From Veleropilina oligotropha (Eukaryota): DNA of 64,000 bases. The stretch covers positions 186,001 to 250,000 of the forward strand of contig JBEUKZ010000002.1 in the NCBI GenBank assembly GCA_048128005.1, read 5' to 3'. Position 1 is the first letter of the stretch, and each line of letters opens with the position of its first letter. Below the pieces are notes generated by a model. It saw only the letters and a program-made list of their open reading frames with translations, did no database searches and was not told where the DNA came from. The translations under genes and the position numbers were made by a program. Positions 13,373-26,243 of this stretch are shown here, piece by piece.

Positions 13373-14967
13373 ATATGGTTACATATTTCCACAGCTCACT
13401 ACCGGCCGGATTTCATGCAAAACTAATTTCGCTTGTGAATACCATCGAACATCTGAAGCGAGGGGTCAAAGTTGGTGACAAGGTGATCTTCGACTTGGAA
13501 TCCATATAGCTGGCAGACGAATATGGCTGCAGCCGGAAGGGGAACAAGGCAGTATTACATCAAAAGCTTGGAGTCCAGCAGCAGCAGTCTCAACGCCCAG
13601 ATGTTGTCATCATAGACAATCAACAGCTGTTGTATCGCGTGATATCGCCTTGTGGGGTTCGACTTGCAGCGTTTCCTGCCAATGAGGGTTAAGATTAGGG
13701 TATTTTACCGCTACGCTGTATTATCGGCCAAGTATCACGAGAGGCAGCGTCGGGCCGAATTTCAATAGTCCCCTGCCAAGTCGTGATGCAATGATGAAGA
13801 ACAAGCACAACAAGCGTGGCCTGTCACGCCTTCTCAGCAAATTCAACATGGGGTGTGGGGTCTCAGTGGAGCGTCGTCAGAATTCTTAGCGACGACAGCG
13901 ACATCTTCGTGCTGCTGATCTACTGAACATGGCGTTGTGATCTACTGAATCGTCTCTCCTTACAAGGGAAAGGGCAAGGCATCCGTCCAGAAGACATTGA
14001 CCGGAAGGCACACCCATGACTCAAGCACGCTTCATTATGAATACACGAAATCGGTCAGAAATCTGCATATCCACATGCGGCGTACCCACTTGCAGATCCT
14101 GCTTTGGAGATGTCTTCATTTCAGACTGTGGTTGGGAAATCAAAGACGGGATAACGTGTCCATGCATAGACATTGGCCCACCGGGACCACATCTTCTGAT
14201 TAATGTGATCAGCTGCCGATGTCGGCCAAACGGTAAGGCGTGCAAAGATGGTAGCTGCAGCTGTCACCGTGAACTGCACAGCAGGTGACACGTGCTGAAT
14301 CCGACCACCAAGAAAGACCAAGATGAGCATGATGATTATGAAGATGATAGTGATGCCCAAGACGACTGAAAATAATGCATAAAAGTCCGTTTGTGTCAAG
14401 ATATTTGTATATACATACAGCTTTATATTTGTTAAAATAAATATTCGAATGTTTAAAATTTGCTTTAGTTTCATTATTGTGACGTTGACCTTGACGTATA
14501 ATACATTACCTTGAACCCATACAAATAATTATCGTACGTTATCACCAATTAATAGTTGCAATCCACAAACCTGCACAACAACTAAGTGGCCGACATTTAT
14601 CGATTTCTGAGGAAGATGAATTGAAGTTAGACTAATTTGTGGTAAAAATGACACTGACCTTGAATTTATACGTTGACCTTGACCTTTAATGATAAAAAAG
14701 ATGTCAGAAATCAATTCCTATGGTCAAACTTATACAAAACACTGATATCGCACATGATTTTATACCAATTAGTAAAAAATTATGAGCTATGTCATGGGAA
14801 TTATCGCTAATTATGCTAATTTATGCAAATTAGCTCATACAAATTTTCCCCAAAGTTGGTGCATTGCCAACAATACTCAAAATGTTCAAGGTATGCTTGT
14901 GAACATATTTCATTAAAAAAACCTTGCTGTTTTTAAATTTCTATGCCGCTTATCGGCAACTGGACTA

Positions 14968-15036
14968 ATGGAACGTTGTGGGCAAGTCTCTGCTGCCCCA
15001 GTCCATGCGATACGGATAAATTCCTGATAGATCCAT
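14968..15036 (-). pseudogene. Gypsy gag N-terminus separated by the Academ insertion
   Basis: Translates MDLSGIYPYRMDWGSRDLPTTFH and joins in frame to KAFKQYCQLIF at 10939. Confidence 0.85.
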
Positions 15037-15129
15037 GGTTCAGTTAGGCAGGCTATTATGGAAGGGAATTCCCGCCATAATTCTATGTATCTACATTACA
15101 TTCCTGTTTAGTCGTCTCTTCTTTGTATG

Positions 15130-16095
15130 TGTCATTCATTATAAGTTGCATGGCTCATTCTATGTATGCAAGTTTCATTCATATAGTTGCAATGTCTCAT
15201 TCTATGTATGTAAGTTCCATTCATATAGTTGCAATGTCTCATTATATGTAGATATAAGTTCCATTCACATAGTTGCAATATCTCATTCTAGGGCCATTCA
15301 TATAGTTGCAATGTCTCATTCTAGGGCCATTCATATAGTTGCAATGTCTAATTCTATGAATGTAAGTCCTATGCATATTGTTGCAATGTCTCATTCTATG
15401 TATGTAAGTCCTATGCATAGTGTTGCAATGTCTCATTCAATGTATGTAAGTTCTATTCATATAGTTGCAATGTCTTGTTCTGTGTATGTAACTTCCATTC
15501 ATATAGGTGCAATGTCTCATTCTATGTATGCAAGTTCCATTCATATAGTTGTCAGGATACCATTCATATAGTTGTCAAGGATACCATTCTTGTAGATGTC
15601 AAGGAAACTTACGGAAAGCCGGCGCGTTCATGCCAATTGTTAAATGTCAAATGCTAAATGCGTTTTGCAATATTTTAACGCCAATTTATAGTGTATATTA
15701 AAATTAGCTTGATTATTGTAAATATATCGCCAAATTTTATCGTGATTACGTAATTCATTGCTTAGTCTATAGGCGGTGGTGGCCAGTGAGGGGAGATGGT
15801 GCATCGAGAGGTGTGACAAACAAATGGTTCCCAAACAAATTAGCCCCCAAGTGAATATGCACCAGAGGACAAGAAAATTTCAGCCAAGCAATTCGCCCCT
15901 GTATATATTGATAATTTGAATGATTAATATTATGGGTAAGATACAAACAGAATACACGATGTATTAATTAAATAATGATGGTCATTATAGATATATATTC
16001 CTTGTGCTCGCAATACTATAAATAATTATTTAATTTATATAATATAAAGACAAAGACTCAAAATATTTACATCTTTTGTGTACGTATTTCTATTG
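15130..16095 (+). repeat. Left arm of a ~1 kb inverted repeat, with an outer ~42-bp minisatellite
   Basis: Units gttccattcatatagttgcaatgtctcattctatgtatgtaa at 15150-15590. Unique sequence 15600-16095 is the reverse complement of 24836-25179 plus 25618-25800. Confidence 0.85.
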
Positions 16096-16325
16096 CATTT
16101 ATGTATATAATAATAATAATGATTGCTTCTTATAAAGCGCATTATATACATAGCGGCTCAATGCTATGGACTGCAGACATTTTTTTGAATTTCCGTTTCG
16201 TCGAAACATGCAAGCGTTTCGGCTATAAATACTTGGATCGTCATGCAGACATAGCTAGTATAACCTGATTGCGCACAAAATACCCATGTCAAACATGCAT
16301 GCAACACTCAACCCTTCAAATTTAA

Positions 16326-19300
16326 GATGTGTGTTGGGACATTCTAGTAATGTTACGTGTCAGATATTGCAGTTTTAAGCACAGTATTAGAAGAAGAGTA
16401 AATCAGTACGTCAGTACATCAGTACAATGCTGCTATGTTTATTTAATTAATAAATTAATACACGACGAATATTTCGTTATAAATATACAGGTCAAAACAG
16501 TAAACTTTATAAATGAAAGGATCAAAACGAAATATATCTGACATGCAGAATATGCAAAATAGCGCCACTGATTCCTACCACTAGGCCTAATAACACTACT
16601 GCATTAGTACTATATAAGTTTATTTGGTACAAAATATGCAGGTGAATACAGTACATTGAGGTTGCATACAGATAGTTAAAAAAAGGATATTATACTAGCT
16701 ACAGGCAGAATTTACAAAACAAATACTGGTCAAAAACATAATACATATGAAATGAAAGAATAACATTAGGCAAAGAGATATACCCCGACATGCAACGTAC
16801 CGAAATAAATGTACTTATTGAATAATTAACAAGACAAAGCAACAATTGAATACTACGTACACAATTTAATGGATTCCATACAAATACAACTGCCTTTATC
16901 CATTCTTTACTTTGGAGTACCTGTATAATTTTTAGATATTTTTTTCTGTTTCTCACACACAAGCGCAACACTTTTTCAATTCATTATGAATTATATGCTG
17001 GTCCGCCTTAATTTACCATATGCTACTAATGTTATTATTATTAACTCATTGTTTTTTCGGAAGAAATGGAAATTTTATTAAACGCCTGCTGTAAAATCGA
17101 GTGAAAATCTGGTGTAACGAGTCAAGCATGTCATGGTTTCCGCATGCAAGACAAAACCTGACATACGGGAACATATATTATAGAAATTTGCAGTTTATGT
17201 AAGTTCGAGTTTAGGATGCGTTGATAGATAATTGCCAATGATCAACATCAGAGTTATATGAACGCATAATAAGGTATCCATATGTCTCATAAATATTATC
17301 ACAACTACGATGAACGCATCTGAGCTGGTGCCTAGACGCACAACCAGACGTCTTCTTCTGACGGTGCAGCACAAACATGATCGTGCAAAGTGGTGAAACG
17401 CCAGAGCTCACTTGAAGTTGACGACCAGTGGGAAAGTAAAATGGCGAAATGTCACGAGAGCCGAATTGTATGCAGGTCAAGAGGCACAGACTAACATTAT
17501 GGAGACAGTTGTTTTTAGTGGATGGTGGTCTTCGGACGCCTCGCCTGTATATGCGACTCTGGAGATTCGAAGATACCATCTTAGATCGTGTTTTCGAACC
17601 GTTCAGTGTTCACGGATGACAATTCCCGTCCACATGGTGCTATAGTATTCACCAGTACTTGACCATAGGAAAAGTAACTATCCCATGGCTTGCTATGAGT
17701 TCTGATCTAATCCTATTTGGAAAATATGGAGTTGCAGGGTGAGCGAGATCATACAATTATAAACGTCTGCTATTCTCGCTGTAAATATTATACACTATAC
17801 AGGAGTTGAGTTGATTTAGCTTTACGAAAATTGTGAGCCATATTGTAATCGGAACGTTGGTATAATAACCTCGTTCCAAAATCTGGTAAAGGGTTTTGAA
17901 CTGACGTCCTATCGTCCATAATGTTTTTCAAACGCTCCATAAGTTGAGCTGTCCAGAACGGTATACATAATATGTACATGAAGGTCTATATATTAACATA
18001 CATAAAAAGTACATTTATTTATTCAATGCATTTTTATAATTCACCCATTCTAGGTCCATGTTATCGCGGGAGGAAACCCCGATCACCCGAAAAATCCACC
18101 CACACCGGCCAGTTATGAATATCTGTGACTGGTAATGCCTACGTCATAGATACATCGAAAGCGGATACGGCGTTCGTATGGTGCGTGTTGTTGAAGATGT
18201 CGTACGGGAATCGGCGACATCCTAAAGACATCGATGATCTTTTCGCCTTTTTTTTAAACTCGAGCTACAGGTGATAACTCTAGTTAAACTAGACGCTCAG
18301 TCACGAGTGACCGCATATGTATCCCCCGGTAATGACCTGTCTAGAGCGATCACAAGAAATTATGCTTTAAAATCCAAGATGGAGGTCACAGCGGCCATCT
18401 TGGCGGCCTGACCAAACCCATCTGTCGATGGCGGCCATATCGGAGGTCGCACCACACCCAAGATCTGAAAGTGTAGTGTCCTCACCCAAACCAATGCACA
18501 TACCAAAATTGAAAACATTCCATTAAGAAATGGCATGTCTAAAGGGATCACAAGCAATTTTGGTGTCCGTGGCGGCCATCTTGAAGGTCGGACCACACCC
18601 AAAATCTACAGGTCAATTGTCCTGACCCCAACCAATGCACATACTAAATTTGAAAGCATTCCGTTAAGAAACTAGAGCGATCACAAGCAATTATGGTGGC
18701 CGTGGCGGCCATCTTGGAGGTCGGACCACACCCTAAATCTATACTTATCGTGTCCTCGCCCCAACCAATGCACATACTAAATTTTGAAAACATTCCGTTA
18801 AGAAATGACATGACATGGTGAAATGACATGGTGGTCGTGGCGGTCATCTTGGAGGTCAGACCACACCCAAAATATATGTCGTTTTGTGCATACTCGTAAT
18901 GATACTTGCAAAGATATGAAATAAAATTATTTTGGAAAAAAGAATTTAACAAAAAATTCTTAAAATGTTATTAATATATACATATGACACTCTGAATGTA
19001 ATGCCGGAAATTTCAGGTCTGTACACCACGTCGATTTTAAGTTCTGACCTTTTTAAGGAAAATGTGGCAAACATGTCTTTTTCCTTAATTAGGTCATTTC
19101 CTGCAATGTAGGTCAACTGAGGTCAAAGGCCAAGGTCACATGTGAAAGATCAACCATGACTTCTCATAGTAACTATGTGTCCACGGTGCATCCTTTATGA
19201 TATATTGCCACTTGAAACAAATGCTTTAATGGCCACCGAGGCACTTCCTGCTTTTCAATTTTATCTGGCATAATTGGTAAATGTCGACTACATACGTCAA

Positions 19301-19770
19301 TACGAGTTCACTTTTTCCATTATCCACTATCGGCACACATATATCCATTTTTCCTTAATTATGTCATTTAGAGCAATGCAGGTCATCTGAGGTCAAAGGT
19401 CATGGTGGCATTTGAAAGCCCAACCATGAATTCCCATAGGCTCCCCACATACCAAATTTGAAAACATTCTGTAAAGAAACGGCCTGTCTAGAGCGATCAC
19501 GGGGAATTATGCTTAAAATCCAAGATGGAGGCCACAGCGGCCATCTTGGATGTCGGACCACACCCAAATTCTATAGATGTCGTGTCCTCGCCCCAATCAA
19601 TGCACATACCAAATTTGAAAACATTCCATTAAGAAACGAACTGTCTTAAGCGATCACGAGGAATCTCTCTTTGGACGCGGTGGACGCGGCGTAACGAACG
19701 CTAAACCATAGTATCCCCCCGACACTTTCGTTTTGGGGGATACAATTACTAGAATGTCCCAACACACATC
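16326..19770. mobile_element. Non-autonomous TIR element with TTAA TSD (Kolobok-like)
   Basis: Perfect 26-bp TIR GATGTGTGTTGGGACATTCTAGTAAT, with TTAA at 16322-16325 and 19771-19774; no recognisable transposase. Confidence 0.7.
18288..19746. mobile_element. HINE-like element with internal ~125-bp modules
   Basis: Start aactagacgctcagtcacgagtgacc...gtatccccc; end hairpin gtatccccccgacactttcgttttgggggatac; repeated ggcggccatcttgga..gtcggaccacaccc modules. Confidence 0.7.
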
Positions 19771-20491
19771 TTAAATTGAGAAATCCCAGATGGCCGCCAC
19801 AGCCGGGTTGAAATGAACTTATTTTTATATATTTTTACTAACCAAGGTAGAAACTTGAAAGAAATGTGTTATTTTAGGGTTTTAATGGTATTGATCGAGG
19901 GGTGCTGAAGCCAACTCTGCTGTATGTGACATTGTCCACCTCAAAAATGGCCCATAATGCCTCAAAATTGAGAAATCCAAAATAGCCGCTGAAATGTAAT
20001 TACGTACATATCTTTTCGACATACAAGGTAGAAACCTGAATGAAATGTGTTTTTGTAGGTTTTCATATATGGGGAATCCAATATCATAATCGGCTTTGAA
20101 ATAAATGGCGCATAAACTTCTGGAAACTCATCTTTATTGCAAAAATGGTTGTTTTTATCTATGAATAATTCTCCAACCAGATGATTTTCCCCACCTGAAA
20201 CACAGACTACCATTACCAGAGGCACACGTATGTAACATACGATTTAAATTTTGGCAGGGAACATAGTATGAAGGTAATACCCATGTTGGCTTAACAAAGT
20301 TACGAAGTAAGGTACCCCAAATATCACTCACATAACGTCCTAGACATAAAGAAATTGATCGTAAAATTTTTGATTATGTGTAGTAAATGACAACAAAGAC
20401 AATAATTTTGAATTAATTGTGGTTGATTTGATCGTATCTGCTGTCAACTCGTTACGCAAACAGTCCTTCATTGTTTACAGGTATATGCCGC

Positions 20492-21444
20492 CAGGGGCGG
20501 ATTCAAGGGGGGGGGGGGCGACCCGGCTCCGCCCCCCCCCCTTTTGTCAGCGAAATCGAATCTGTTGAGTGTGAAATTCTGTATTTAAATGATGCATTAA
20601 TTTATGATACGTTTTCAAAACTAACACCTACAAAGCAAACATGTAAATTGTTATCTACATCGATATTTTAACAAGTTCGTCAGTCTTGCACATAGTTGAA
20701 TATTTTGGTCTGTTATTGTTAAAAACATTGAGCCGAATTGAAAGCGGAAAAACAGTTTAATGCCATGTATTTTACTGGCCACACATTTTGAAACATTAAT
20801 TAATTAAGATGAACGACATAGCTATTAGCATGAACGTCATTCACGTTGATGACCTTTATAAATATGCTTGTTTTAAAGAATAACGCAGGAGGTTCGATGG
20901 ACCCAGACTGCCCAGATGGTCATGTGGTCTCGATTGCAGATACTGAAATCACTGGCTCGATCGCGAACTAACATGAGTGGGTTCCAATCTCAGTTGGGAC
21001 ATGACATTCTTTGTTCAATTATCAATCGCGGTTGTCCGTAACTGGCCAAAGTTCCTTCTGCGATAAAATATATATGTCATACCCTGAACCGAAAGGTTGT
21101 AAATATATACAGGACATCAAGTATCGATTAAACAAAATTCAATCTCGAACCGTAATAGGTTATGGGTAATCACGACTACATGCATGGTAATTGACTGAAT
21201 GATGGCGGGGCTGATATTACTTTATTATACATCATAATAATTTACAGCCTATATATCTATTTTACTTCATATTTTCGGTACAATAAACTCTAATTTTAAT
21301 ACAATAAAAGTTGTCTTATAGAAATGCCAGAGTACAGGAGAGCGCATCTAAGACCGTCTATGGTAAAAAAAATCTCGGGGGATGCCCCCGAACCCCCCTA
21401 CCAGGCTAAGGCCCCCCTTTTCAGAAATCCTGGATCCGCCCCTG
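20492..21444. mobile_element. MITE-like element with GC-rich TIR CAGGGGCGGAT; contains a SINE-like insert (~20900-21135)
   Basis: caggggcggattc...ggatccgcccctg; TSD not evident. Confidence 0.65.
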
Positions 21445-22440
21445 TATGGGAACACATAAACGTATTCCCGGTCATCACGAATGTTACGGAAGTTGTTGTC
21501 AAGTATCCAGCAGTTGCATGCTTCAATGCATTCCATGCAAATTTTTCTGCGGCTGCAGCGTTACCACACGTTCGTGCAACCTCCGTGTAAACTTTTGGAA
21601 TATGTGGCAGAGAGAGTGGCCATGGAAGTACCTGACCACCCAGTTGCATCCTTCTATTTCGGTTACTGGACAAAGATCAGGATGTGGCAAGTGTGCTTGG
21701 TTACAGAGACTAGCTGTCTTGATGGTGTGAAAGCATGATGTGAAAGTTTGCCTCATTGAATCGTGCTTTGTTGCCTTTATCAACCTCGGGAACATCATAT
21801 ATCTTACATATGAATTTCCCTGTTGATATTGCAATGAGGATAGAGGTAAAAAGCTGTTTGTATGTTTCTTCGAATACAGTAAAGCGTTTCCTATTATATG
21901 GCGAGTCATGGCGATTGTGGCTAAGATATGCCGAAGTATATAAATTTCATTCTTCGTTACGCTGATGACTTTGCAATCCTAGCTGATTCGATGGAAGAAA
22001 ATAATAATTATTGTTAGTGAAGAGACAGATCTAAGACCAAACTGATGATTATAAAAAGCAACAACAATGACATTAACAACACACTGATGGCCAATGAAGA
22101 AGCAAGTGAGGTCATTAGTCAATTTAACTTTATTTTTACAATGATCAATTTTATGACACCTCGGAGATCAAAAGACGCATCACCATAGTCAGAAGTGCTG
22201 CTTTGTCGTGCACTTAAATCTGGAAGAACAATTTTATCGGGAGGGACACGAAAGTGCGCCTATTGCGGTGATTTGTCTTCCCGATTACCGCATATGGGTG
22301 TATGTGAATCATGGGCAATGAAGAAGATGGATCGAAAGAGAATTGAAGCTTATGGACGCTCACTGACTGATCCGCAGCAGGATGACAATGGCTATGTTTT
22401 CGGTGAGATGACCCTTTCCAAGACCAGAAGATCAATGTGA
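21445..22440 (+). pseudogene. Degenerate RTE-clade LINE reverse transcriptase fragment
   Basis: GKKLFVCFFEYSKAF, RYADDFAILADSMEE, KTKLMII, EIKRRI, CESWAMKKMDRKRIEAY in shifting frames. Confidence 0.75.
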
Positions 22441-22759
22441 TGTCGGCTGGAACACCTGCCAGGCTGTTGTTTACTGTCACCACTGGACTGAGACACCATC
22501 GAATTTCATGTACATAACATTCTATAATATAATGACAGAAGTATATAAAGCACATGAGTCGCGCACTGACACAACTATTGTTTCTATCATGTCAGCATGG
22601 ATGCATTGCCAAATCAGTAGGATATCGGCTTATTCGTGGACAGCCCTTAGAGAGGAGACTGCGAGATCTGGATCAGATGACCTGACAATTTGTTTATTTG
22701 TTATATTTTGAATTTCTTCCTTCAAATCAAAAGATATACATGTACTATATATTCTTCCC

Positions 22760-23190
22760 CTAATCATTGCCAGAATCGCCGAGACTCACTATATCAATTA
22801 TACGCTTTGCTGTAGTCAATGAAAGATATAAACAGCTTTTTACCCCTCTCTATCGTCATAACGATATCAACATAGAAATTCATAAGTAAGGTATATGTTG
22901 TACCCGAGGTTGGTACATGCAACAAAGCACACGAGTCAATGCAGCAAACTTTCCCATCATGCGTTCACATTATCAAGACAGTATCTGGGACCAAGTATAC
23001 TTGGTCATTCTCCCGAATCCGAAATGGTAAGGATGCACCTGGGTGGTCAGCTTGTGTCATAGCTACTCTCTCTCTGCCACATATTCCATAGGTTTGCAGA
23101 GAGATCACCCCCTGTGGTTGTACGAAGGGATGACTCAGGCCACGCTGCAGCTGCAGGAAAATTCCCATCTGGTTGCCAAATTATACAGAG
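22760..23190 (-). pseudogene. Second, inverted RTE-like LINE fragment
   Basis: Diverged reverse complement of 21530-21925; KKLFISFIDYSKAY. Confidence 0.7.
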
Positions 23191-23209
23191 TTAAAAACAA
23201 CAATTTATG

Positions 23210-24834
23210 CAATTAATATGGATTTCGATAAGTTTGTGCCATTTCAAACCGAATATGATTTTGGATTCTCAATACACACAAAAGGACATTTCATTCAGGT
23301 TTCTACCTTGTTTAGTCGAAAGATATGTACCGTACATAAATACAATTAACCCCGGCGGTGGCGTCCATTTTGGATTTCTCAATTTTGGGGCATTATGGGC
23401 CATTTTTGAGGTGGACATCCAACATAGTTGACTTCAGCACCCCTCAATACCATTAAAACCCCAAAATAACACATTTCATTCAAGTTTCTACCTTGTTTTG
23501 TACAAAACTATGAAAATAAATACATTTCAATCCGGTTGTGGCCGCCATCTTGGATTTCTCAATTTTAGTGCATTATGGGCCATGTTTGAGCTGGGCATAC
23601 AGCAGAGTTGATTTCAGCACCCCTCAATACCACCGAACTCCTAAATTAACATATTGCATTCAAGTTTCTACCTTGTTTAGAAAAAATATGAAAATTAATA
23701 CATTACAACCCGGCTGTGGCGGCCATCTTGGATTTCTTAATTTTGAGACATTATGGGCCATTTTTGAGCTGGGCATACAGCAGATTTGATTTCAGCACCA
23801 CTCAATACATCTAAAAACCTTGTATGCCATAAATTAACACGATTTCCTTCGGGGTAATATTTTTGGGTTTCAAGGATTTTTTTGACTTTTTATTTAAAAA
23901 AAGAATATTGTTTTGGATTCTCCATATACGAAAACCTTCAAAAGCACATTTCATTCAGGTTTCTACCTTGTTTAGTCAAAAGGTTATGCACATAAATACA
24001 TTTCAATGGCGGTGGCGGCCATCTTGGATTTCTCAATTTTGAGGCATTATCGGCCATTTTTGAGCTGGGCATACAGTAGCCTCGTCCAACCAGGTCACTG
24101 CGCACTTCGGATTAGCCTCATCCGAGAGAGCCTGGTAAAGTTGTTATTACAAACTTGTGGCCGATAGACGGCGCTGTGTGTAAACGACCACTGCTGTGGA
24201 GGTATCTTCGCACGGTTCGTACCGAATTCGAGATCATTAGATATAGAATAAATTGTGCTGTGTTACCCAAAGTCATCGGACGATGTATTATTTGCCATTT
24301 TGAATATTTTTGCTATTCAACATTTAAGTAATAGCAGTGATTTTACTATGTTGGGTAGGGTAGCCCATGTCCGTTTTCAAGTGACCTATATTTAGACACT
24401 ATAACTTCAGTCCGACATTCAATGATCGATATAGGTCTGAATAAGGACTATTTAAAACGCATATAAATCATGGCAGAAAATATTTAGAAGGATTTGAGAA
24501 TTAAACGTCAGGAAACGCTCAAACATAATTCATATAATCTACTTTGTACTTTATTTGACATCATATTGGTGGGTGTGTACTGGGTGTGTACTCAGCGTCC
24601 AATCAAAACACTTTACCCGATTTCGGGGCAAGCCTCGTTTTGGCGTCACAAAAGTATATTAGTACTTTTATCAGTCCCTCTCGAACGAAGGTTAACGGAA
24701 GTGCGCAGAGGACTGATTGCGCATGATTTTACGCATACAGCAGATTTGAGTTTAGCTCCCCGCATTAGCCCTGAAAACACTGTCAGTCATAAAGTAACAC
24801 GATATGCACATTTTCAGAAATTCCGCCTAGTCTA
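23210..24834. mobile_element. Non-autonomous element with ~180-bp modules and a TAGACTAG (Academ-like) terminus
   Basis: Repeated ggcggccatcttggatttctcaattttg...cattatgggcc; inverted copy at 19775-20110; ends ...gcctagtcta at 24834. Confidence 0.55.
24077..24731. mobile_element. MITE with a TAG terminus and 8-9 bp TSD
   Basis: Flanks ggcatacag / cgcatacag; imperfect TIR (ctgcgcacttcggattagcct vs aggttaacggaagtgcgcag). Confidence 0.7.
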
Positions 24835-25179
24835 ACAGAAACACGTACACAAAAGATGTAAATATTTTGGGTCTTTGTCTTTATATTATATAAATTAAAT
24901 AATTATTTATAGTATTGCGAGCACAAGGAATATATATCTATAATGACCACTATTATTTAATTAATACATATCGTGTATTATATTTGTGTCTTACTCATAA
25001 TATGAATCATTCAAATTATCAATATACAGTATACAGGGGCGAATTGCTTGGCTGAAATTGTCTTGTCCTCTGGTGCGTATTCACGTGGGGGCGAATTTGT
25101 TTGGGAACCAATTGCTTGTCACACCTCTCGATGCACCATCTCCCCTCACTGGCCACCACCGCCTATAGACCAAGTAATG

Positions 25180-25612
25180 CAGACGCGGATCCGGGAATTT
25201 TGCTTAGGGGGGGGGGCGGTCCCCGCTGCCACGCGAAAACAAAATTGGACAATCAACAACCTGAAACCCCCTCTCCTGCACTCTGACAGGGAAAACGCGA
25301 TATTTCATTCTAACTTTTTATAAACCACCGTCACTCAAATAGCAAGAGTCAAATTTTTATTTTATTTTGTCATAATCGAATTATCCGCGTGGGGCTCGGG
25401 GGCCACGGTGTGAAATCTCCCCTCCCGCATTATTACATTGCAAAAGCTAATAGTAATACAATTCAACTTGAGTATTTTGGGGTAGGCCTATTTATAATGT
25501 TCCGAAAGTCATTTGTATCAGATTATACATATTATTTTAATATGCTTGACAAGCTTTAGGGGGGGGCGTGCGCCGGGTGCGCCCCCACTCCCCCCCCCCG
25601 GATCCGCGCCTG
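25180..25612. mobile_element. MITE, CAG...CTG termini, 5-bp TSD TAATG
   Basis: taatg|cagacgcggatccg...cggatccgcgcctg|taatg; the empty site is visible in the left arm at ~15750-15770. Confidence 0.85.
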
Positions 25613-26243
25613 TAATGAATTACGTAATCACGAAAAAACTTATCGATATATTTACAATAATCAAGCTAAATTTAATATGCACTATAAATTGGCGTTAAAA
25701 TATTGCAAAAAGAATTTAGCATTTGGCATTTAAAAATTAGCATGAACGCGCCGGCTTTCCGTTTGTTTCCTTGACAACTACATGAATGGTACGTATCCTT
25801 GACAACTATATATATGAATGGAACTTAGGCGGGGATCCCACGATCAAGAAATCTTGGCAAGTTTCTTGAGCAAGATCTTGCCGGGAATTTCACACGGCAT
25901 CAAGAACTTTCTTGAAAAACACCTGCAATCCTTGCACAAGTTTCTTTGGCAAGAAAACTTGTGCAATTTCTTGCGGAAAGTTGTAAAACCTTTCACACGG
26001 TCAAGAGTATTTTATATTGCTGCAATATTGTACATGATGAAAACATATTTCATTTCATGCATACCATGAGACATGCAACAAGTCACAACGCCGCATATAT
26101 TGTAGGATCGAAATGTCAAAGTAGCAACTTCGCACGAGGTTGTTGAAATTGAAATGAACTCGCCCAGAGCCGCTCGAGTGTTCATTTCCATATCAGCCTC
26201 GTGCGAAGTCGCCATTTCCTACATAATCCTACTTGTAGCCGAG

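Larger units (their letters stand above)
10940..14967 (+). mobile_element. Academ-type DNA transposon (XPG-like domain plus Cys-rich C-terminus), degenerate, inserted in Gypsy gag
   Basis: Termini TAGTCTAGTT...AACTGGACTA with long imperfect TIRs (~10990-11260 vs ~14640-14905). Fragmentary coding: KPWVRAIRAFRMVS, WNAVSDDQF, HPLETDSRVLYN, SDDSDIFVLL, KGK, ISCRCRPNGKACKDGSCSCH. No clean TSD. The superfamily call rests on termini and domain layout. Confidence 0.72.

Noticed and set aside
15035..15571. 178-aa His/Ser-rich ORF
   Set aside because: Translation of the ~42-bp minisatellite.
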